From positions 1 to 42,435 of IMG/VR virus record IMGVR_UViG_3300023214_000153: 42,435 bases of DNA. One strand, written 5' to 3'. The stretch is from a virus. Its lineage: Duplodnaviria; Caudoviricetes. Positions 36,315 through 42,435 of the stretch are shown in pieces. Under the pieces are notes generated by a model that was not told the origin of the DNA, did not search any database, and was given only the letters and a program-made list of their open reading frames with translations. Position 1 is the stretch's first letter. The number at the start of each line of letters is the position of its first letter. The translations under genes were made by a program, and so were the position numbers.

Positions 36315-36553
36315 GGCCGGTCCCCTTCCGTCTCGACCCGGATGCTGCGGAGGATGCTGCGCAGGAATGCCCGGGGGTCCTCGTCGAGCAACGCCCACGT
36401 CTCGGGCATGATCGTGGGACACTCGGAGTGGGCCATGCCGATGGCCCGGGACGCGCACCAGTGGGCGGCGGCGTCATACTCGGCCCAGTGTTCGAGCCGG
36501 GCCCCGGGCGGGGGCCCGGGGCCGGCGGGGACGCCGTTACCCTCCTTCGCCAC
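36311..36553 (-). CDS. Hypothetical protein (start uncertain)
   Basis: Fills the gap in the leftward operon; shares MPETWAL with the 34018-34311 gene. Confidence 0.4.
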   Translation of the reverse strand: MAKEGNGVPAGPGPPPGARLEHWAEYDAAAHWCASRAIGMAHSECPTIMPETWALLDEDPRAFLRSILRSIRVETEGDRP

Positions 36554-36767
36554 GAGGGGCCTCCTTCGCCGCCACGAGCTCGGCCGCCTCGGGGATCCGG
36601 GGCTGGCCATCCCGCTCGAGCTCGTCGTTGAGCTCCACGCGGACCGCCTCGAGGTGGTCGTCGAGCGAGACCCCCGAGAAGGTCTGGAACGGTTCGCCGC
36701 GTCCCGACTCCTCGATCTCGATCAGCTTCTCGAGCAGCGCGCGGCGCTCGGCGGGTGTGTGCTTCAC
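36537..36767 (-). CDS. Hypothetical acidic protein
   Basis: GGAGGTG RBS, GTG start, VKHTPAERRALLEK... Confidence 0.55.
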   Translation of the reverse strand: MKHTPAERRALLEKLIEIEESGRGEPFQTFSGVSLDDHLEAVRVELNDELERDGQPRIPEAAELVAAKEAPRGEGG

Positions 36768-36783
36768 CTTCTCACCTCCTGTG

Positions 36784-37191
36784 TCATCGTCGTGTCCTCC
36801 TCTCAGGGTCATGAGCCCAGCGTTCGCCAGTCTCGTGGTCGTCCGCCTCATCCTGGATCCAGTGGGCGAGCGCGCGGAGAGCCTCTACCCGGCCGTCGAT
36901 GCCGGTATGCGGAGAGATGGCCGGCCCATAGACCGCGCGGAATCGCTCGGGGTCATGGATGACGCGCGTGCGATCCTCGTAGCGCGCACTCAGCAGCCGG
37001 TGGGCGATCCGGGCGGCCTCGCCGGCGGCGTAGGCCGAGTCCTCCATGCGCTCCGCGTCGTCCTTCGTCTCGTCGTCACAGCCATCGGCGAGGTCACGTA
37101 GCGTCTGCGCGTCGACAGCGACGCTCTGGGCGACGAGGGAATACCAGTCATCCTGGTCCACGATCGCCGATCCGGGTGGGTATTGGGTCAT
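36784..37191 (-). CDS. Hypothetical protein, first gene of the recombination operon
   Basis: GGGAG RBS and ATG supplied by the 33-bp repeat; MTQYPPGSAIVDQDDW... Confidence 0.65.
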   Translation of the reverse strand: MTQYPPGSAIVDQDDWYSLVAQSVAVDAQTLRDLADGCDDETKDDAERMEDSAYAAGEAARIAHRLLSARYEDRTRVIHDPERFRAVYGPAISPHTGIDGRVEALRALAHWIQDEADDHETGERWAHDPERRTRR

Positions 37192-37220
37192 GTCGTGCTC
37201 CCGGTTGGCGGGGCGACGAG
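37188..37220 (-). repeat. 33-bp inverted repeat, left copy
   Basis: Exact reverse complement of 41719-41751. Confidence 0.92.
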
Positions 37221-37292
37221 CCGCGGGTGTGCCTGCCAGAGCACTCCCACTGTGCCATGAGTGTGCAGCCCGCCGCCCCACGATCTACAAGA

Positions 37293-37359
37293 AATATACG
37301 ACAGGGCGGCGATCGCGGTCAACATTTTTCTTGCATTTTTTTTTGCGGCCGGCTATTCT
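37293..37359. promoter_or_regulatory. Divergent promoter pair (genetic-switch-like)
   Basis: Leftward TTGACC-18-TATATT (37322-37293); rightward TTGCAT-17-TATTCT (37331-37359), ending 6 nt before the HTH ATG. Confidence 0.65.
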
Positions 37360-37365
37360 CAACCC

Positions 37366-37617
37366 ATGATCGAACATAAGTCTAGGCTACGCACGGTGAT
37401 AGACCAGGTGCTACCTGGGCTCACCGTGGCGGAGATCGCCCGTGTCGCCGAGGTGCCGTATACCACGGTCTACGGGATCTACTGCGGCCGCGCGCGGCCC
37501 TCGCGCGAGATGGCCGACCGGCTGGCCGCGGCGATCACGTCGATCGCGACGCGCGCCCGCGAGGTCTCTGGCGATGAGATCCTCGAGCCAGGCGATTCGC
37601 GGTGGACGCGCCGCTGA
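37366..37617 (+). CDS. Cro/XRE-family HTH regulator, probably leaderless
   Basis: LTVAEIARVAEVPYTTVYGIYCGRARPSREMADRLA. Confidence 0.85.
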   Translation: MIEHKSRLRTVIDQVLPGLTVAEIARVAEVPYTTVYGIYCGRARPSREMADRLAAAITSIATRAREVSGDEILEPGDSRWTRR

Positions 37618-37775
37618 TGGCGAGCAGCAACATCGGGGTGCAGACATGCTTCATCCGGCGACCCCAGGAGCCACAGTCCGTCATAGCGACCGTACCGCGG
37701 CTCATGCTTCGATGCATACATGTGCACCCCGTCGTGGTAGACCCAACACCTCTTGCTCATCTTGCCTCGCCTCAT
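37479..37775 (-). CDS. Hypothetical early gene remnant colliding with the HTH gene
   Basis: GGGAGAAAGG RBS; MSKRCWVYHDGVHMY... looks coding until it overlaps the HTH gene head-on. Confidence 0.35.
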   Translation of the reverse strand: MRRGKMSKRCWVYHDGVHMYASKHEPRYGRYDGLWLLGSPDEACLHPDVAARHQRRVHRESPGSRISSPETSRARVAIDVIAAASRSAISREGRARPQ

Positions 37776-37834
37776 TGGGCCTTTCTCCCGTGTTGGGAGG
37801 ACCGCAAACGCCGCGCGCCCGCACCCGGGGTTCT

Positions 37835-37886
37835 TTGACAGGACGGCCTGATTTTCATATACTCTCTTGACACCTCATAGTCAAGA
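37835..37886 (+). promoter_or_regulatory. Near-consensus promoter with a palindromic operator
   Basis: TTGACA-17-TATACT (37835-37863), then TCTTGAC-N8-GTCAAGA (37865-37886) over the predicted +1. Confidence 0.75.
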
Positions 37887-37922
37887 ATCCACGCTCTTGC
37901 GAAGCGCGAGGTAGGATCGGAT

Positions 37923-38237
37923 ATGGCTCATGAAGAAGGCTGGGTCGGAATCGAGGAGGTAGCTGCCCATCTGAAGGTGGCCAAGGAGTCGATCTACCGC
38001 TGGGTCGACTCAAAGGGCTTTCCGGCGCACCGCGCCGGACGACTACTGCGATTCAAACTTTCCGAGGTGGACAAGTGGATGGAGACCGGAGGCGGAAACA
38101 GAACGGCGCGCGCTCGCGCGTCGGGCGCGCTTTGGACATTCAACACCGCTCCAACATCACGTTGGCAAAGCTGCAAGACAAGTCGCGCGCCAACAAGACC
38201 GAGTGGGTCAACGGCACGGAAGTACAGGGGCGTCTAG
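37923..38237 (+). CDS. Excisionase-type (HTH_17) DNA-binding protein
   Basis: WVGIEEVAAHLKVAKESIYRWV..GFPAHRAGRLLRFKLSEVDKW. Confidence 0.88.
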   Translation: MAHEEGWVGIEEVAAHLKVAKESIYRWVDSKGFPAHRAGRLLRFKLSEVDKWMETGGGNRTARARASGALWTFNTAPTSRWQSCKTSRAPTRPSGSTARKYRGV

Positions 38238-39463
38238 CCAAGGGAGCATCGATCCTAAAAGCGGTCGAGTTGTTCGCAGGGGCTGGGGGCATGGGGCTCG
38301 GCTTCATGCTCGCCAGGCGTGCACGCAGGCGGTTTCAGATCATCTTTTCCGGCGAAATCAACTCTATCTATGTGGAGACGCTGCGAAAAAACCATCGAGT
38401 CTTTTCTCGGATGAGGAAGGGCGCTGGCCACTGTGCGCCCGAGGATATCCGCGCCTTTGACCTCAATAAAAGGAAGATCCTTGAACATGTCTCTTCGCTG
38501 GCGCGCAAAGCGGGAGGCATCGATGTGTTGATCGGCGGGCCTCCCTGCCAAGGATTCTCCAGCGCCAACCGCAATTCGTGGTCGAGCGACAATCCGAATA
38601 ACCACCTCGTGAGCGTGTTCATGAGGTATGTCCGCAAACTACAGCCGCCCGTCTTCCTGATGGAGAACGTACAAGGCATCGTCTGGACCGCGAGAAATGG
38701 AAGCGGAGATGAGCTGAGCGTTGCGGAATACGCCTTGAAGAAGATGAGGGCGCTCGGCTACCTGGTCTTCCCGAAGCTGCTGGATGCTGTGTGGTACGGC
38801 GTGCCGCAGTACCGCACACGATTCTTCCTGCTGGGAATTCATAAGGACCTCGGCTACAGCGCAGACGATTTCGGAAGCTGGGGGCCTTTCCCTGTCCCCA
38901 CCCACGGGCCAACCACGGAGCATCCCTTCGTTACGGTTCGCCGGGCAATCGGCGATCTTCCCGCCATCGGTAACGGGCACAGGCTCGACGAAATGGATTA
39001 CTGTGCGCCTTCCAGGGAATCAGTCTCCGAATACCTGAGGTTCCTGCGCACGGGCGCTTCCAAAAGGTGCATCTCGGACCATGTCACATCCTGCCACGCG
39101 GATTACGTCATCGAACGCTATAAAAGAATCCCTGCAGGCGGAAACTGGCAGGATATCGCCGACATGATGTCCAACTACGAACAGTTGGACAGAACGCACA
39201 GCAACATCTACAAGCGCCTGCGCTGGAGGGAGCCGTCGATAACGATCTGCCACTACAGAAAGAGCATGCTCGTCCACCCGGCCCAGCACCGCGGCCTCTC
39301 GCTGCGGGAGGCGTGCAGGCTTCAATCGTTCCCGGATTGGTTCCGCTTCGCCGGAGCCTTGAACGGCGGGTCGGGCGGCCTGATGCACAAGCAGCAGCAA
39401 CTGGCCAACGCGGTGTGTCCGCTTGTATCGAAGGCGATTGCTGAATTTCTGCTGGAACTTTGA
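38075..39463 (+). CDS. dcm: DNA (cytosine-5) methyltransferase (true start probably downstream, ~38162)
   Basis: Motifs I LFAGAGG, IV GGPPCQGFS, VI ENV, VIII GVPQYRTR, IX HP..HRGLSLREACRLQSFPD, X QQLANAV. Confidence 0.93.
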   Translation: MDGDRRRKQNGARSRVGRALDIQHRSNITLAKLQDKSRANKTEWVNGTEVQGRLAKGASILKAVELFAGAGGMGLGFMLARRARRRFQIIFSGEINSIYVETLRKNHRVFSRMRKGAGHCAPEDIRAFDLNKRKILEHVSSLARKAGGIDVLIGGPPCQGFSSANRNSWSSDNPNNHLVSVFMRYVRKLQPPVFLMENVQGIVWTARNGSGDELSVAEYALKKMRALGYLVFPKLLDAVWYGVPQYRTRFFLLGIHKDLGYSADDFGSWGPFPVPTHGPTTEHPFVTVRRAIGDLPAIGNGHRLDEMDYCAPSRESVSEYLRFLRTGASKRCISDHVTSCHADYVIERYKRIPAGGNWQDIADMMSNYEQLDRTHSNIYKRLRWREPSITICHYRKSMLVHPAQHRGLSLREACRLQSFPDWFRFAGALNGGSGGLMHKQQQLANAVCPLVSKAIAEFLLEL

Positions 39464-39464
39464 C

Positions 39465-40613
39465 ATGAAGCGGATCATCGCGCGAATCCTGAAGGCCCTC
39501 CGCTCCGTGCTGTCGCGGTTCCGATCCACTCCTGCTGCATCGCCGAAGCCCGATATTCATGAGATTGACGACCGTCTATCCGAGCCGCCGCAGTCAAGCG
39601 GCGGGGGGGTGTGTGAAGCGCCGGGAGATGAACCTCCCGAGGCAGGAACAAGCCATACGTCGGAAGCGTCCAAGGCGGAGGAATCTGTTGAGGTTGTTGG
39701 GGACCACGGCAACGGGGACGGTCGAGAAGGGAAAGGGGATTCTGAAGCAGCCGGAGCCGAAACAGCGGACACATCGGTTCAGAAGGAGCATCCGACCACA
39801 AGCGAGGATGCCGCCGCCGAACGTGAGACCGGCAAAGAAGCCAGTGGAGGGGAAATCGCCTCGCCGCCCCCTCTCCGTGATGATCACGTTCAAGAAGAAC
39901 AGGCGTCCGGGGCTTCCGGTGGTGGCGCTGAACCCAATCCAACACTTCAGCAGCCGCAGAGAGATGCCGAGGTGCCTGCTGAACCACCGGTGGAAAATGA
40001 GGAACGGAGTAGCGCACCAAAGAAGCGGGATCTCGCTGGAGATGCGGTCGATGCAACATGCTCAAGCCCCTATGAAGAAGCCAGCGATGAGTCGTCGGAA
40101 GGGCCTGTGGTTTTGGATCGTGTAGTATCCGATGGATGCGAGGATGACCGCAGGCCGTCTGATGCGGAAGATCCTGCTGCGGGCGGCGTCATCGCCGAAA
40201 TCGAGTCGGCGGAAGAGACCGCCCATCAGGAAGAGGGGCCTCTCTCTGCGGCCCCTCCAGAGCCTCCTGATGTCGATTCCGAGCCTGTAATCGATGCTTC
40301 CACCGCAAACGCATCTGAGCAAGGCGCTCCAGAATCTGACATTCCGCTCTCAATCCCACCGGACGCGCCAAGCGAAGACCTGCGGAGGCAGGAGGATTCA
40401 TCAGGGGAGCAAGCGGCCGCTTCAGAGGATGCGTCCGCATCAAGCTCGGGGGCCGTGGACCGCTCTTTGGTTGAGGACAGGAATGAAGAATCGGCACAAC
40501 GAGGAGCGAGGGCTCCCTCGCCGCGCCATCCGACGCCTCCAGAAGATGCTCGTGAATACGCAGTAGCCGTACAGGACGTCTCCCCGGGTGAGTCATGTCG
40601 TGATCATGTCTAG
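39465..40613 (+). pseudogene. Acidic low-complexity protein, probably the truncated N-terminus of a larger host gene
   Basis: ATG 1 nt after the dcm stop; amphipathic basic N-terminus then ~350 aa E/A/S/P/D-rich; ends just after running into phage-style sequence near 40585. Confidence 0.5.
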
Positions 40614-40688
40614 TAGGTCGCGTGCGCTCCGCGTCGGCGTCGACACCGGGATGCGAGCCATAACGCAGGGTGTCGCAGGGGTAATGTG

Positions 40689-40889
40689 TCATCGCTGGAG
40701 GTGGCTCGCTGGCCACATGCCGATGTCTGCGTCCCTGTCCACGTCCACGTCTGCGTTCGCGTCCCCGTCCGCGTCGCCGTCCGCTTCGTCATCCACGTCC
40801 GCGTCCGCGTTCGCGTCCACGTCCCCGTTTCCGCCGCCTGCGTCCTCGTCCACGTCCACGGAAAGTCGATCGGTGTAGTGATAGAGCAT
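40689..40889 (-). CDS. Small Asp-rich dipeptide-repeat protein (DADVD...)
   Basis: ATG 6 nt after the upstream stop; GYGGAC-type 6-mer repeats. Confidence 0.45.
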   Translation of the reverse strand: MLYHYTDRLSVDVDEDAGGGNGDVDANADADVDDEADGDADGDANADVDVDRDADIGMWPASHLQR

Positions 40890-40895
40890 GATGGC

Positions 40896-41708
40896 CTACC
40901 CCTGGAACCAAGCGAGGCCAATGAATTGCGGGGGACGACGCGGCACGCTCGGGAACCGGACCTCGACCATGCGGCCACTGACTCGCCCGGTCAATTCGAC
41001 GGTGCCGATCCGCTCAATCGAGACCAGCAGGCCGCGCTTGATGCGGCCGTCGTCGTCAGCCACGCCGCCAGCAATTCGCTCGGCGAGGACCGCCTCACGC
41101 TCGCGACGCTCGGCGGCTGCGGCAGCGTCACGGGCCGGCTGCTGGTCTGCCCGCTCGGCCTCCCTGGCCGTGGCGAATCGGCGACCATCCTCCAGCACGT
41201 ACCCCGGTGTGTCGTCGATCTCGCGGCCCTCCCACGATTGAATGAGCGTGTACGTGTACGCTGCGCCGGTGGGGTAGCACGTACCGGCCATGTGCTCGTA
41301 GTATTCGATCGCCTGATCGACCGTCTCGCCCTCATCGACGTAGCGATCCTCGATGCGGTGCGCCTCGCCCAGCATGTCCTCGTGACGAGATACCGCCGTT
41401 GGCACTGCGACGGCACCGATCAGGTCACACTCGTGGTCCGCGAGGAATTGGAGGCCGGACTTGTAGTCGCGCTGATTCGCCTGGCGATCGGCCGCAGCGT
41501 AGATGCTGTTGATGCGATCGCGGTCGTGCCGCGCACTGGCGGCAGCGTCCGCGAAGTGCTGCCGCGAGCGCTCAAGATGCTTTAGAGCCGCCGGTCCTTC
41601 CGCTATCGCCTGCCTCGCCTTGGGTGCGTCGACCCAGCCCATGATCGTCCCGGTGTGGGTGTTTCGTGCTGCGATCTTCATTTTCGGTCTCCAGTGGTTA
41701 AAGGTCAT
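40896..41708 (-). CDS. Hypothetical early protein (270 aa)
   Basis: GAGGAGCTGACATG leader; MTFNHWRPKMKIAARN... Confidence 0.7.
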   Translation of the reverse strand: MTFNHWRPKMKIAARNTHTGTIMGWVDAPKARQAIAEGPAALKHLERSRQHFADAAASARHDRDRINSIYAAADRQANQRDYKSGLQFLADHECDLIGAVAVPTAVSRHEDMLGEAHRIEDRYVDEGETVDQAIEYYEHMAGTCYPTGAAYTYTLIQSWEGREIDDTPGYVLEDGRRFATAREAERADQQPARDAAAAAERREREAVLAERIAGGVADDDGRIKRGLLVSIERIGTVELTGRVSGRMVEVRFPSVPRRPPQFIGLAWFQG

Positions 41709-41718
41709 GTCAGCTCCT

Positions 41719-41751
41719 CTCGTCGCCCCGCCAACCGGGAGCACGACATGA
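41719..41751 (+). repeat. 33-bp inverted repeat, right copy
   Basis: ctcgtcgccccgccaaccgggagcacgacatga. Confidence 0.92.
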
Positions 41752-41755
41752 ACTA

Positions 41756-41997
41756 CTACTCGATGCCGTCGGTCAGGATGTCCAGCAGGCGGACGGCGTG
41801 CGGCGTCCAGTCAGTCGGGGTCAGAGACGCACTCGCCCTCGCGCTCGCCTCCATCGCCGCCGACGCCGCCGCCCTCGCCGCTCCGCTCACCTCCCTCGCC
41901 ACGGTTGCCGCCGTCGCCGCTCCGCTCAGTTGCCATAACGGTGGGGGCCGTGGCTCAGGATGTCGTGAGGCAGGGTCCGTGTGAGATCATCGGGCAT
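41756..41997 (-). pseudogene. Broken early gene (Ala-rich)
   Basis: Leader ATG gives only 23 aa (MPDDLTRTLPHDILSHGPHRYGN*); a coding-like tail ...AARAAASAA...WTPHAVRLLDILTDGIE* lies in another frame. Confidence 0.45.
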
Positions 41998-42020
41998 GTC
42001 AGCTCCTCTCAGTCGTCGTG

Positions 42021-42228
42021 TCAGTGCTCTGGCCGTCTCGGCAGGCGCCGATGCAGTCGGCGGGCCTCTGCGCAGTCGTCGAGCCACGCAGCGAGCCGCT
42101 CCCGAGCCCGAATAGCCCGGTTCTCGTAGGATGGGTCTCCCTCAAGCATCGCGCGCCGGGCATGCTCTCGGCCGAGTGCGCGCAGCCTCTTGACTTCGTA
42201 GGGGTAGAGGTTCGCCAGGGTCGGTCAT
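42021..42228 (-). pseudogene. Frameshifted early gene
   Basis: AT-GACC-GACC-CTG: removing one GACC restores MTLANLYPYEVKRLRALGREHARRAM...PEH*. Confidence 0.55.
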
Positions 42229-42229
42229 G

Positions 42230-42435
42230 TCAGCTCCTCCTCCCGGGGTGGGTGATCGTCACAACGGCGCCGGATTCGATCGTCGCGCCGGCGGCGATCC
42301 TCACGTTCCAGCCGATCGTCGCGTCGGAGCCGATCGTCGCGTCGGGGCCGATCCTCACGCCGGAGTCGATCGTCACGCCGGAGTCGATCGTCACGCCGGG
42401 GCTGATCGTCACGATGGGGTCGATCGTCACGCCGG
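42230..42435 (-). CDS. Hexapeptide-repeat protein, 3' part (continuation of 1-410)
   Basis: VTIDSG/VRIGPD/ATIGSD repeats ending THPGRRS*; the stop lies inside the GAGGAGCTGACATG leader. Confidence 0.8.
   Translation of the reverse strand, partial: GVTIDPIVTISPGVTIDSGVTIDSGVRIGPDATIGSDATIGWNVRIAAGATIESGAVVTITHPGRRS

Larger units (their letters stand above)
1..42435. mobile_element. Tailed dsDNA bacteriophage genome (podovirus-like), probably complete and circularly permuted
   Basis: Terminase-portal-scaffold-capsid-adaptor-nozzle-ejection protein order with no tape measure or sheath; replication, recombination and lysis-like genes present; nt 1-54 identical to 42378-42431. Confidence 0.93.

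Noticed and set aside
37923-38237. Prophage excisionase/integration module
   Set aside because: No integrase or att site found; the HTH heads the methyltransferase cassette with its own promoter and operator
38075-38237. Programmed frameshift fusing the HTH and dcm ORFs
   Set aside because: The ORFs overlap in different frames but I found no canonical slippery heptamer; a downstream dcm start is simpler
42378-42435. Biological direct terminal repeat
   Set aside because: The overlap lies within a coding tandem repeat and is better explained as an assembly break in a circular sequence
1-42435. Alternative genetic code or tRNA genes
   Set aside because: Core genes are intact under the standard code and use TGA, TAG and TAA stops; no cloverleaf was recognised by eye

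Overview
The window looks like a complete or nearly complete ~42.4 kb, GC-rich tailed dsDNA phage genome with podovirus-type (P22/N4/T7-like short tail) gene order. Its two ends overlap (54 identical nt) inside a hexapeptide-repeat gene. Layout: (i) a leftward early operon of small accessory genes crossing the window ends, with identical repeated translation-start leaders and several broken genes; (ii) a ~700 bp non-coding, palindrome-rich region; (iii) a leftward replication block (initiator with internal iterons, helicase loader, TIGR02594/CHAP-like peptidase, DUF559-like nuclease); (iv) a long rightward late operon: terminase, SAM methyltransferase, portal, scaffold, DUF5309-like capsid, glycosyltransferase, adaptor, three signal-peptide proteins (one heparinase-like, one FN3/beta-helix), tailspike, nozzle, fibre, ejection proteins, and membrane/lysis genes including a beta-barrel; (v) a leftward SSB/Rad52-like recombination block and a Cro-like switch; (vi) a ~2.8 kb oppositely oriented, apparently host-derived cassette (HTH + C5 DNA methyltransferase + truncated acidic protein). 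I saw no integrase, DNA polymerase, tRNA or CRISPR array. Most notable: Sec-signal-peptide glycan-lyase/adhesin genes inside the tail module that share a duplicated junction domain, a parS-like palindrome without parAB, a glycosyltransferase plus O-methyltransferase in the head module, and a repeat-punctuated, decaying early cassette array with a 33-bp inverted repeat pair. All family calls come from motif recognition by eye; no database searches were run.
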